From NCBI GenBank assembly GCA_951406725.2, contig OX597819.1:2480001-2544000 (forward strand): a stretch of DNA of 64,000 nt, in the 5' to 3' direction. Below, piece by piece: positions 42,004 through 54,687 of this stretch. A model generated the notes under the pieces. The model was not told the DNA's origin. It did not search any database and worked only from the letters and a program-made list of their open reading frames with translations. Position numbers and translations under genes: made by a program. The stretch's first letter is position 1, and each line of letters opens with the position of its first letter. The DNA comes from Octopus vulgaris (Eukaryota).

Positions 42004-42163
42004 ATCTATGTATGTATGCATGTATGTATGTATAAAATTAGTTATTATTGGTATAGTATTAATGTTTCGTGATCGCATGCAAATGTTTATATTTTAGTAG
42101 CTATTTTCATTTAAACAATTTCTCTCTCTTCTCTCTCTTTCTCTGTTTTTCTCTCTCTCCACT

Positions 42164-42195
<32 letters not shown>

Positions 42196-43208
42196 TTTCT
42201 CTGTCTATCTACCTCACTCACTCGCTCGCTATCAGCATAGTATATATGTGTATGTGTGTATGTGTATGCGCGCTTGTATGTATATGCGTGTGTGTGTCTG
42301 TGTGTGGGAGGTATATGTATGCATGTACGTATGTATTGTACTTGTCCAGCAACTAAAAGACAACTTCCATGTATAAATTTAATATCATTTAAGAAACATG
42401 ATAATCTTGTCAACTTTCCTGCATTATGCGAAAATGTTCAACCATTCCCTAAATTTCTAAGCACTTACACATTCACACGCCGAAAATACCCGCATTTTGC
42501 CTTTTTGGAGTATGGCCGTATGTCATAAAAGATTGTGGAAAATCACCGGCCGTGTTCCACAAGATTAGTTTCGGGTTGTCTTTCAGTTCATTCTAAAGTA
42601 TGTCAAAAGGGTTTGCTCTGATTGGTTTAAACAAGGACCGCTTTATAATATATAACATTGCACTTCCAGCCAAAGTCAAGACATTTCTAGATATGTGATA
42701 TGTGACAGAACAATGGACGAATATCGGGCAGCATAGGAACTAAATAAGATTTCTCAAGGTTTGTACCAACAAAGCTGTGAACAAATGCCATGAACAAATG
42801 CCATGAACACAGCATGACAGTTGTTGGTAAGGCTCGTGCACGAAACACAAGCTTTTGCGCGTCAAGACATAAAGAATATCATTTGCCACATAACTACATT
42901 ATCTGGCTGATTATATAAAAGTTTCAGACGAAACTTCAATTAACTCGTATGTTTGAATAAGATTGTTTTAGATCAGTAGCTTCCAGATCAGGGCAATTTT
43001 TATTTAAATTAGATTTCCCACGAACTTCAGGCTGTTCGCGGATTTCTAATAGTTTCTTCTAGGGCATTCTACCCAAGGGTCCCAAAACTACAGTGTGGCG
43101 ACCGCTGTTTCGGGTTGTAAATGCAACGGTTATTAAACTTGCAGTTTCAAAATTCAGCATGATATTCCTATAATAATTGCAAGCCATTTTAGTCCCCTTG
43201 CTGAAATA

Positions 43209-44984
43209 CAGCCTGTTCGGGCTAAATTAGATAATTTACATGAATAAAAAGAAGCACAATATCCCAACCAAATATAAAAGCTTTTTTAAAAAACAAAAAA
43301 ATATCAACGAGATTATGGCCGGGAGAAGGCAGTTTACTAAATGTAGCCGCCCTCAGCTTCCTCTATGCCTCAAGACGGCTCCAGAACTTGGTGCATGTGT
43401 TCTTCAAAGAGTCCCTGGGAAAATCTTTTGAAAACGCCTTTCATCAAGGCCGCCAGGTAGGCCTTTGTATTGCAGGCAGAGCTGTTGGTGTCTTTCTTAA
43501 CTGCACCCCGCAAGCACAGTAATCCATTGAAGAATTAAGATGCCAGAAATTAGGGCTGGTTAGGTCATAGAAATTCTCCGACAACCACTTCTGACTCTTG
43601 TCGGGGGTATGGCACGCAACCGAATCCTGATATCACACACACGGCCTTCCAGTAACAACCCAATCCAGCTAGTCTTCAGTTGCTTCACATAGCCGTCTGA
43701 ATTGAGTCTAAAGCCCAATTCGAACATGTGGGGCGGCATGATAACACCCTCACTGGAGACACAGACCCAAAGACCATCATAGTTTGGAGAAACTTGTTTT
43801 TTATGATACGCGGGACATCACATGAATTGTAGGCAAGCCACCTATTGTTCTGGATATTGTGCAATTAGTCCTGGCAGAAGTAATTTTTATCTGAGAAGAA
43901 CCAGAAGCTAAATAAGAATATTTTTATCATAAGTTATTTTTTCAGGTTACAACAGAACTCTTTCAACCTTCTTTTAGAAATATTTTGAAAGTTTAGGTAT
44001 TAACTGGATTTCATTCTTGTTAAAAGATAACTTCCTGAAAAGAAGTCTTATACTTATTTCATTTTACTTTTGAAAGTGGAATTTCTTGAAAAAGCTCATG
44101 TTTCCTTCATGCCAAATGTTCAAGTTAACATGAGAACTATCCATTGTTTTATGACTACATTTTAATTAATCGATCCCTTTATTCAGGGAATAAAAATATT
44201 TGGCAACTAATAAAAAGATTTGAACCGTTAGCTCATTCCGGATGAACCCGTAACTATTTCAGTAGTGTTTTCTTAATCTTATCACTCACCAATACTAAAT
44301 ATTGACTCGTTTTCTACTTCATCAACGGAACAATAACCAATAATACAAACACCGCATAACTAAAAGCTTCACTACAATATTTAGGAAATCTCTGATAATC
44401 TCATATGATGACCACATATGCACACACACACACATTCCTGGTTCAACAGGATGCCTCAGCTTGTTCAGTTGTTTCTTTGCCTTCGTCTTCGAGTTCTCCT
44501 TGGGTTTGGCTCTCAGAATTAATCCCTTGCGTGTCTTGTACGAGTTGTAGCAAAGGTCCTCATTCATTGCGGCGACTCCAACACCCATCTCTCTCGCTAA
44601 AATCTGTTTTTCCTTATTCGGATCTTTCCTCACTTTATCCTGAAGTTGCTGGATGAACTCCGGCGTGTAAACGCAAGCGGAACGCCTGTTGTGTCCCCCA
44701 CCTTCGGGTCACAGTTTCGTAGTTTCCCTTGCATGTCGCGTCTTACAGCTTTACAGCGTTTACATTGCATTGAGCAGTAGTCAAGATGTCGGCATTTTGA
44801 TACTCTGCGCGAATCATCATGATGCAGATAACTCTATCCCAATATTCAGATGGTTTCCAACCCGCCACATCAGCTAACTTTTTCTCAACTACAACTCTAA
44901 TATTGACTGTTTGCCAATACATCAAGCTGTTCCTGAAAATAAAGGGGACATAAAACATTGTCAAATTTACCCCCCGAACACCCT
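43209..44984 (-). mobile_element. Full-length DD37D (maT-like) transposon, transposase interrupted by a ~520-bp insert
   Basis: TIRs cagcctgttcgggctaaattagataa / ttgtcaaatttacccccgaacaccctg with TA flanks. Transposase reads LAREMGV...LRHPVEPGM | FWFFSD..NNRWLA, QDS and EAEGGYI*. Confidence 0.85.
43910..44433. repeat. Local duplicate of ~46605-46670 + 47325-47703 + 50231-50320 inserted in the transposon
   Basis: Direct alignment of tttagaaatattttgaaagtttag...ttctacttcatcaac and gaaatctctgataatctcatatg.tgaccac. Confidence 0.85.
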
Positions 44985-45674
44985 GTATATCTGGAAAATG
45001 GGATTGCAAAGAAGTACAGTTCTAAAAAAAGCAAAAGTCAACTGCATGGTGAATGGCGTTATGGCCCCCAGTGTTATAGTTAATATTTTCTTCTCTCATT
45101 ACGGTAAAACTGGAAGGCATAGTGCCATATTATAATTATAAGTTATACAAGAACATGCAAGTGCACACAAAAAAGGTAACCATGAATAGTAGTACTGAAA
45201 ATAATAAACAGTAACAATGTTTAGATGTGTAAATATTGGATAGTGTTAATAGTGCAAAGTAAGCAAATTAATAAAGTTAAGAAAATTAATGAAGTGGTTC
45301 TATTTCTTTATGTCTATGCATTGTATGTCCTTCTATGACAGCGATTGATGCGAGCAAACTTTTAAGTAAACCTAAATAGCTTACGTAAAACAGGCCCTTA
45401 TATATAAGGCTCACCACTAATTCTTGACATAGAGATCTCGATAAATATGTCTCTTGTTCATACTATTGACTGGTAAATCGTGATTTTTGTGATATAAGCA
45501 TTAAGCATGTCACTAAATCAGCAATTACTTTTGCACCAAACTTCTGGTATACAAAGTATATCCTTAATTTTAGTTCGTTAACATCTGTAAAAAAAATGTA
45601 TGCATGACACACAAATACATACGAAATTACTCAAAAGTAAATAAAAGTTATAAAGTAACGACTGCATTTTATAC

Positions 45675-45847
45675 TCTTACTCTTTTACTTGTTTCAGTCA
45701 TGTGACCCCAGGGCTTATTCTTTGTAAGCCTAGTACTTATTCTATATGCCTCTTTTGCCGAACCGCTAAGTTACGGAGACGTAAACACACCATCATCGGT
45801 TATCAAGTGATGTTGGGGTACAAACACAGACACACAAACACACACAC

Positions 45848-45889
<42 letters not shown>

Positions 45890-46048
45890 GGCTTCTTTCA
45901 GTTTCCGTCTACCAAATCCACTCACAAGGCTTTGATCGGCCCGAGGCTATAGTAGAAGACACTTGCCCAAGGTGCCACGCAGTGGGACTGAACCCGGAAC
46001 TATGTGGTTGGTAAGCAAGCTACTTACCACACAGCCACTCCTACGCCT
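45675..46048 (-). mobile_element. tRNA-derived SINE with internal microsatellite
   Basis: Reverse complement: ggcgtaggagtggctgtgtggtaag...gggttcagtcccactgcgtggcacc...tgactgaaacaagtaaaagagtaagagt. Confidence 0.9.
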
Positions 46049-46676
46049 ATGATCATTTTTTCCAGAATTTACAACTATTTCCCGGTATTTCCACAAGGGT
46101 TTTCCAGTAATTTCATTCTAGTTGACAACTCTGCAATAATGGCTTTGGATAAAACTTCAGAGTTCTTTAAGAAACAGTCAACGACACTTTATGTCAGTTT
46201 TATATACCTTACTTTCACATTGTAGAATACTGTTGTATTTGTATTGAAAATGGTCCAAATTATCATTAGACATAATCCAGATTACCTAGATTTTATTTGA
46301 AATTTTATACTGGGTCACCAGTATAAGTATTTAGTCAAGAATTTAAGCTTCATTAATAGCTTGAATTATAGTATTTCTGATAATTACAGTTATTCGGGTG
46401 TATTTATACAGCTTTATGGACATATCTCAATAAAAACAATTAACGTGTTTATCTTCCCCACGCTACCTGATTAGCGTCCACACCAATCTTTCCTTAATTA
46501 TGTGTACCACTAGCATTAACATTGTGTACAGGTGTCATTACATTTAATGTTTCAACAAACTAATCAATTTTAAAATGTTTGGAGACGCTTTCCTATCACG
46601 AAACCAGATAAGAATAACTAAATTATTTGTTCTGGTTCAAACATAACTCTTTCAACCCTCTTTAAAATATATTGCA

Positions 46677-47324
46677 CTAGCAGCATAGCCCGGCGTTGCC
46701 CGGGTGTGGAAGGCGTCCCCTAGACAGTCTGTGGTTTGTGTTTAATACACAAATCGGTTTGCTATGTGTGCCACATATGATTTAATTAACCGATTTTTTC
46801 CAGTAATAAAGTATCCTATTGGAATAAAAAGGGCCATATAGCTCCTTGGAGCAGATATGATGCTCGCTGTGAATTTTTAAAAAAATTCCTGACAATTTGT
46901 GAAAGATATTGTCGAAAATGTCATCTTGAATTTGAACGCGATTTCCCAAAATGGCATGATTTCATCGATTTTTTCTGATGGTAAGGTATTGCATGGAAAA
47001 CTAATGTCAGAATTAAGTTTCTTAGGGTAACATTAAGCTTCACCATGAGTTTGGTGAAAATCAATTGCAAGTTGCGAAAACTACAACAGAAAATGTGTTG
47101 CATATGAAAAGCTTAGATTCTCGACCCATGTCGAATTTATCGATTTTTTCAGAACTGGGGGAACTTTTCAAAACTTTCGCTGCGTTAGTTTTGAATTATG
47201 ACATTGGGCTATGTGTGTGTCAAGTTTCATCAGAATCGGTTGAAAGCCGTGGTCAGCGTGAGGGTACAACCTGACAGACACACAGACACTCAGACAGACA
47301 AACTGCCGTTTATATATAGAGAGA
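46677..47324 (-). mobile_element. Non-autonomous Helitron
   Basis: Minus strand runs 5'-TC...cccgggcaacgccggg hairpin...CTAG-3', inserted between A and T, with an internal (GACA)n repeat. It splits a sequence that is contiguous at 43950-43985. Confidence 0.88.
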
Positions 47325-48124
47325 TTTTTAGAAATATTTTGAAAGTTTAGATATTAAGTGGATTTCTTTCTAGTTAAAAGATAACTTCCTGAAAAGAAGT
47401 CTTGTATTTATTTCACTTTAATTTTGGAAGTGGAATTTCCTTCATGTTTCCTTCATGCCAAATGTTCAAGTTAACATGAGAATTATCCATTGTTTTATGA
47501 CTATATTTTAATTAATTGATCCCTTCATTCAGGAAATATAAATATTTGGCAACTAATAAAATAATTCTTTTGAATCTTTAACTCATTCAGGATGATTTTT
47601 TTTTAAAGAACCCGTAACTATTTCAGTAATGTTTTCTTAGTCCTATCACTCAACTAATACCAAATATTGACTCCTTTTCTACTTCATCAACAGCACAATA
47701 ACCAGTACCAGTGAACATCTAAGTATTTGATATTACCAAGTTTAGACTAGATGACTCATTATACGAACCAACAGGACCAGTGTGGGATTCCAGTCAAGTG
47801 CTCATGGTATCCAATATTTTTCATTTAAATCTAAGCAGTTAGCTCATCCTTATTGTCGTTTAACCAACGGCATAAGATTTTCAATCAGGACTATATGATA
47901 CAGTCGGTATGATGTGGTTTAAGAGAGGTTCGGTTGATATTGTTAGCAGATCGAGCAGCTCTCAGTGTTGGATAGTCCACAATACTGTATCTAAATTGTA
48001 TGTATTTTGGAGTTTCATCACAAAAACCTATGATTGTCATCAATATCTACTCAGTATTTATGTTACTTCAGTCACAGATTTACCATCCATGACATAGTTT
48101 CTGATTTGTTAATTTGTTTAATAT

Positions 48125-48658
48125 TTATTTCTTTATTGCCCACAATGGGTAGGGGCTAAACATAGAGAGGACAAACAAGGACAGACAAAGAGATTAAGTC
48201 GATCACATCGGCCCCAGTGCGTAACTGGTAGTAATTTAATCGACCCGGCTTGCTAATGACTCTTTTCTACTCTATGCACAAGACCCGAAATTTTGGGGGA
48301 GGAGACCAACCGATTAGATCGTCCCCAGTACGCAACTGGTATTTAATTTATCCACCCCGAAAGGATGAAAGGCAAAGTCGACCTCGGCGGAATTTGAACT
48401 CAGAACGTAGCGGCAGACGAAATACCAATTTCTTTATTACCCACAAGGGGCTAAACACAGAGGGGACAAATAAGGACAGACAAACGGATTAAGTCGATTA
48501 CATCGACCCCAGTGCGTAACTGGTACTTAATTTATCGACCCCGAAAGGATGAAAGGCAAAGTCGACCTCGGCGAAATTTGAACTCAGAACGTAACGGCAA
48601 ACGAAATATGGCTACGCATTTCGCCCGACGTGCTAACCTTTCTGCCAGCTCACCGCCT
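48125..48658 (-). mobile_element. Cluster of SINE copies (tail 48125-48245, partial 48280-48427, full 48428-48658)
   Basis: Each aligns to the reverse complement of 18257-18486. Confidence 0.9.
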
Positions 48659-48827
48659 TCTGTTTTTTTAATATGAATTTCTTCAAGACGTTGTTCAAGA
48701 GTTTGTACTTTTTACAAGCCTCTGTTATTTCATTTTAAATGTTTCATTTGTTTCTCAACTATGTGAAGTTTTCTACAGGTGCGCTTCGGAAGGTGTGAAT
48801 TCCGATTGTATCGTGGTTTGTCGTGAA

Positions 48828-48897
48828 AACATTTTTCTGTGGGTGGCATTTTTCTGGGGGTGGCATTTTTCTGGGGGTGGCATTTTTCTGGGGGGTG
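48828..48897. repeat. Short tandem repeat (GGTGGCATTTTTCTGGG, 17-18 bp, 3-4 copies)
   Basis: Visible. Possibly a subterminal repeat of an unclassified DNA transposon. Confidence 0.8.
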
Positions 48898-51017
48898 TTC
48901 GGAAAGTTCGCACGCATTGGTTTTGTTTCATGACTTTCGGAAAAATGGGTATTTTTAAGTGAAATTTTCTGTAGGTACATTTCGGAGTGTTTAAATTGGG
49001 ATTAGATCGGAATTTGATGTTAAAAGAAAAATAGTGAGAACACACACTCGCGTATACATACTGACACGCATTACGAATTTTTTTTTTTCCGAAATTTCAA
49101 GTTCCATTTTGTAGATATATGTGACGTGTGTCAAGTGTGTACGAGCCCACCAAATTCATGTTTTCATATTATATTCCTCTATAATAATAATCTATTCACC
49201 CTGAGGGTATTTGCGAGAGGTTTCAAAAAAATTATCCGTTCTTTTGAAGAGATCATGAGTATGGGAAGCCATTTTGTGTGAGTTTTCCGCAACTCCTCAC
49301 CCGACCCTCAGAAGAATTTTTTGCCCTACATATTACGATGTGGTCGGAGTCTGTACCATCCGAGGCGTGTTTGTGGAAAGTTTCATTGGGGGATATCCAT
49401 TTTCTGGAGGTTGTGAGGCAACAAAATCGGAGTGGTGGCACACATCTGTAGGAATTTATGTCCATTAAAAAAAAAAAGAACTTATAAACTTATGGAACTC
49501 CAAACAAATATATTGAGTCCTACTTTCTTTCGTAGTAGTCCTTTCATCGCTATTCGTGATCTCATTAACGGCCTGCACAAGATCAGTAATTTTATTGTTG
49601 TAGTCTAGCCCCAGATCAACCCCAATCAGGCAGACCCATGGTCAAAAGTATTCCGTCCGTGGCCATCTTTGTTACGGTCGTAATGTATCTACGATTTCAT
49701 TGACTAATGTATTATCCTCTTTTTTGGCGGGGTGGGGATGGCAGGGTTTGATTTTAAAATGGTTTAGGGTTCCATTTCTAGCAGGTTGAAAAACCGCAAG
49801 ATACTCCCTGATAGGAGGCAAAGTTCTTAGATTAATTCATATCAATGTTTGATAACAGTTGAATGTTATTTGATTCCTTCTTACTACTCTCATTGGTTTG
49901 GCAGCTATCAGTAAGTTTGTTTTGTTGTTGTTTATTCCAAATCATCTTTCGTCGAACAAAATCTAGCTGTAACCAACGTATTTCTTTAAAACCATCTAAT
50001 GTCCCCTTTCGTTATTTAAACTGACAGAATCTGCTTCGGAAACTTCATGTTGCTGTTTCGAGCAGGTCGGGTGACTGTTTTGAGATTACGTTATATTTTT
50101 TCTTTAATCTATTTTAAAAAAAGATTAAGTAACTCGGTACACAAGCCCGCTATGGTCAACTTGATACGGAACTCTATCAGCATCAGCTCTTTTTAATGCG
50201 TCGAATATCTACTTCACTGCCCTTATACAGCCACTAATACGAATGCCACGTAACTAAAATCTTTGTTACTAATGCTATGAAATCTCTGATAATCTCATAT
50301 GCTGACCACACACACACGCACACACGCACGCACTCTTACACAACACTCATACATTCATCATATATTCTGTTATATATATATTATGTGCAACAGAGCCAGT
50401 AATAGGTTAAAATATGTGTACCATAATTAAAGCATCGCAAAAAGCAAATTAACTGCGGTATTCATCAGGAGATAATATCTCTTATGAACGTGTTGGGTTG
50501 AAAAACACAAACAAATTAGTAGCAGACGAAAATAGTCCAGTAATGACAGTGAAAATTCTTGGTGCATATTTCTGTTTTGTTGAACTTTTTAGTAACATGT
50601 ACAAACTGCATGCTAAGACAAAATCCACCTTCATTAATATGAGGAAAACAATGATTGAAAAGTCACTGGTGTGTCAATTAGACACCCGACTAAACAAAGA
50701 TCTGTTATTTGAAACGGAAAATTTGTCTAAGCATGCTGTTGGCAGTGGGTACATACTACTAACGAAGCCCAACTAGACAAGAATGTGCATCAAGCATTAT
50801 CACCACTGCGGCTAGACAATTTTCCTCTGCTTCTGATACTATTGTCTTTTTAAGCATACCACGTCTATAAGAGATATTATTGCCGGACGAATATCGCTGT
50901 TGATTTGCTTTCATGATATATTTGCAATAAGTATGCTACACAGATGGCTGTACATATGCATTTGTGTGTCTGTGTGTGTGTGGGCCTGTGTGGACGTGTG
51001 TGGGCGTGTGTGTCTGA

Positions 51018-51295
51018 GATGTGTGGCCTAGTGTTCCGATGTTGCAATCACTATCTCAACATCATCCTTTCGGTTTCCAGTGCGGCGATGCGTTATGGTA
51101 TTGAACAAAACACTTCATTTCCCATTCTTTCAAGTCTACTCAGTTGTAAATGCATATCCCTACGACGGACTGGCGCTCTGCCCAGGGGTATTGTTGGCCT
51201 GCCCGCCTAGCCTGTAGTGGAGTTCGTCATTTGAAAGCTAGAACAATACAAGGAAGCACATAGCGACCAGATATGTATAAGAACATCTCATAGTC
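51018..51295 (+). mobile_element. Degenerate SINE-like element
   Basis: tRNA-like head tgtggcctagtg..ttgca and ttgaacaaaacacttcattt, shared with 60750-60860. Confidence 0.5.
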
Positions 51296-51404
51296 TAATT
51301 GAGATAGTGATGTGTGCGCGTGCGCGTGGGTGGGTGTGCGCGTGCGCGTGGGTGGGTGTGCACGCGTGTATGTATGTATATTTGTATACATATATGTATG
51401 TATA

Positions 51405-51616
51405 CGAGAGGAGCAGACATGTTCCTGGCTTTAAGAGTATCGGGAAAGGCCAAGTCGGAGACCCAACTTCCTGAGTTCTTTTGCAGAGCTTAGAATAAAT
51501 GAAGGACCGTTGTAATAAGTTCGTGAATCTGAGAGGGGAATATGTTGAATAAAATCGCAACTGATTCTCTAGTAATTTCTTTTACTCAAAGCCAGGAACT
51601 TTTCAGCTTGCCCTTA
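51405..51616. mobile_element. mariner-derived MITE (second family)
   Basis: TIR gttcctggcttt / aaagccaggaac. Retains a transposase end (RCNKFVNLRGEYVE*). Confidence 0.75.
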
Positions 51617-51619
51617 CAT

Positions 51620-51752
51620 GTGGCCCACTGAACTCAACATGTTTTTTTCATTCTCTCTATATATATTTCCGCTTATTCCTTTCTGCCGAAGAGCGTAGGC
51701 TCATAACATAAAAGACTTTTCCATTTTTCCTGATCCTCAAACTAATATACTG
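51620..51752 (+). mobile_element. Diverged solo pLTR fragment with degenerate HHR-like motif (51679-51714)
   Basis: cctttctgccgaagagcgtaggctcataacataaaagac...tcctga..aaactaata matches 29676-29745. Confidence 0.7.
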
Positions 51753-51767
51753 TATATATATATTTAC

Positions 51768-52190
51768 AGGTCTGGCTGCGTGGTGAAACGTTTGCTTTCC
51801 AGCCACATGATTCCGGGTTCAGTTCCACTGCGTGACACCTTGGGTGAGTGTCTTCAACCATAGCCTCGGGCCGACCAAAGTACTTTTGGGTGGTTTTGGC
51901 ACGTGGAAACTGAAAGAAGCCCGTCCTATATATATGTATATATTTGTAAGTGTGTGTGTGTGTGTGTATCTGTTTGTCTGTCTATGTTTGTGTTTTTCCC
52001 CCACCATCACTTGAAACAATAATGCTTGTATGTTTATGCTCCGTAACTTAACGGTTCAGCCTAAGAAACCAATAGAATAAGTACTAGGTTTACAAAGAAA
52101 AGTCCTGGGGTCGATTTCTTCGACTAAAACCCTTGAATGCGGTGCTCCAGCATGACCGCAGTAAAATGACTGAAACAAGTAAAATAATAA
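51768..52190 (+). mobile_element. tRNA-derived SINE with LINE-like 3' tail
   Basis: A box tggctgcgtgg, B box ggttcagttcc, internal (TG)n, tail gcggtgctccagcatgaccgcagtaaaatgactgaaacaag. Confidence 0.88.
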
Positions 52191-53076
52191 AAGAATATAC
52201 ATAGAGTGAGGTGGAGTGAGAGAGGGGAGAGGGCGAGAGAAAGTCGTCATATAATATTTAAGATTTATTGTTTAAAACAAAATGTCCGTTCAAATTGCAC
52301 ATCAAAAACCAAAAGATTTTGAATTTGTTAACGCAACAAAATTATTTCAGAACATTTTCTCAAAACAATTTTGTCTTGATAACAATTAAAATTAAGAAAA
52401 ATAGAAAAATGAAATGAGTTTTCCACGATGAATGACATCAAAGAAGCGAGTAAAGATTCCTTTGTAACTAGCACACAAGTTTTTCCTACGCACATGCTCA
52501 CAGACTCTCTCTCTCTCTCTCTCTGCTTTTCTTTCTCTCTCACGCCCTATCTCACACGCTCTCTCCCCTCCTTCTTTCTCTCCCTCTCTCTCTCTTAATA
52601 CTCTGTCATCTTCCTTTCCCATCATGCAACTCTTTCCATTACCGCTCTGGACTATCAGTTTCTTTTTTCCACTTCAATTCTCACGGAGATCACACGAATT
52701 TCTACTTCTCACCGCTACTTCTCTCATTTGCTCAAAGACTGCTGCTTGAACATCTAATCTTACATGCTTTCCAGTGTTGCCCATGTGCACCATTATTTTG
52801 TTTTGTTTTGCTTTGTTTTGTTTCGTGTTATTTCACTAGTAAAAAACTGCTTTTCTTTTGTCTGTTCCAGTCAATAAGATCTAAGTATATTTTTTTCCTG
52901 CAATTTGTGCTTCTACTGTCACAGTAGCTAAACGATAACTACACAATTTTTCATGTCTTGCATCCACTGCGTCAGTTCCTATCAGCCATATCTTATAATT
53001 GTTACCCCACTAGGACTAGTGAGGTATCCTATGGTGCTTAAACCTTCTGAAAGGTATGTCTTCATTTCTTCATTTG

Positions 53077-53163
<87 letters not shown>

Positions 53164-53224
53164 GTATATATATGGAAAAAAAGTCAAGATAGAAAATGCT
53201 AAAATAATTTTATAAAAGACATTT

Positions 53225-53260
53225 CAGTGCCAGTTTCAGTCATTGAGACTTTTTCAACTA
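53225..53260 (-). ncRNA. Minimal HHR (U3-A8 core), cleavage site mutated to GCA
   Basis: tag TTGAAAA AGTC tcaat GACT GAAA CTGG CA ctg. Confidence 0.65.
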
Positions 53261-53322
53261 TAACAATTAAACAATTAAATTTAGAAAAATTAGAAGAACA
53301 TTTTTTAATTGTTTAATTGTTA

Positions 53323-53358
53323 CAGTTGAAAAAGTCTCAATGACTGAAACCAGTACTG
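53323..53358 (+). ncRNA. Minimal HHR (U3-A8 core), GUA site
   Basis: cag TTGAAAA AGTC tcaat GACT GAAA CCAG TA ctg. Confidence 0.75.
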
Positions 53359-53881
53359 AAATGTTTTTTATAAAATTATTTTAGCCTTTTCTATCTTGAC
53401 TTTTTTCCATAAATATATACTCGTGTGTTCCTTTTCATCCTTCTACATATATATATATATATATAATTAATAATATCAAAGGGTAATCAGTAATATTTGA
53501 AATTTTCATTTCTAATGGTCTAGCTTGTAAAAATTTTGTCAATAGACTATATATTATTCATATAAAAAGTGTACATTTAAACACTTAAGAATTATCCATC
53601 ATAGGATTCCTTGCACGCTAGACAGGACAGTTAAATTCCAAACCACTATTAGGGATACAATTTCGAAGGGAAAGAAAAATAAAAACATTTACCATCTAAC
53701 TCCTGGAACAATGGCTCAGACATTTTTTAGCAAATAAAATAAATTGCTAGGTGAAGTCTTCTTCAGCAGGTACACCTTAGATTAAATATATATACAGGAG
53801 GCAATCCAGTATATGCCCCGTGTTTATACATTCTAATTTTTTTAATCTACCGCGCAAGCGCAGCTCCTTACCGACAGTAAA

Positions 53882-53954
<73 letters not shown>

Positions 53955-54009
53955 GTGTGCATATATATATGTATATATATATACATATATATGTATATAT
54001 ATATACATA

Positions 54010-54071
<62 letters not shown>

Positions 54072-54282
54072 TTAAAATTACTAAGTCTCTCTAAAAGAGA
54101 ACAACGGCAGCGTTCCCGGAAAATAATAGTTATCGCCATACTAATATGGCATTCTTATAAAAATAAGAATAAAGCTGTCCGCTTATTAGCTCCATGAGGC
54201 CATCGCCTTAAGTTAGCTATTTGATACACAAACTGTATCCATATAACCTTCGAACAAGTCGCTCCACACTACTTGATCGGCA

Positions 54283-54324
54283 GCTACAGACGCGTTTCAG
54301 GGTATTGCCCCTTTTCAATGCAGC
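54283..54324 (-). ncRNA. Minimal type I hammerhead ribozyme (U3-A8 core), unit 1
   Basis: gctgca TTGAAAA GGGG caata CCCT GAAA CGCG TC tgtagc. Confidence 0.85.
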
Positions 54325-54645
54325 GTAGCCAGACCAGTAGGTGTCGCTTCTGACAATCTCTGTTCGAAGGTTTTATTTACCTAGCTTCGGTGGAATACAT
54401 CCACTTGTTTTCAATAATAGAAATATTAAAATTACTAAGTCTCTCTAAAAGAGAACAACGGCAGCGTTCCCGGAAAATAATAGTTATCGCCATACTAATA
54501 TGGCATTCTTATAAAAATAAGAATAAAGCTGTCCGCTTATTAGCTCCATGAGGCCATCGCCTTAAGTTAGCTATTTGATACACAAACTGTATCCATATAA
54601 CCTTCGAACAAGGGAGGTCAGTCGCTCCACACTACTTGACCGGCA

Positions 54646-54687
54646 GCTACAGACGCGTTTCAGGGTATTGCCCCTTTTCAATGCAGC
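54646..54687 (-). ncRNA. Minimal type I hammerhead ribozyme (U3-A8 core), unit 2
   Basis: Identical to the unit 1 motif, 363 nt away. Confidence 0.85.

Larger units (their letters stand above)
53171..53411. repeat. ~109-bp-arm palindrome with one HHR per arm (divergent)
   Basis: 53171-53279 is the near reverse complement of 53304-53411, with a ~24-nt spacer and (TA)n flanks. Confidence 0.92.

Noticed and set aside
53650-53775. Minus-strand hammerhead candidate ctgaagaag...cttcgaaattgtatc
   Set aside because: The helix II register overlaps the core and helix I does not pair. At most it is a relic.
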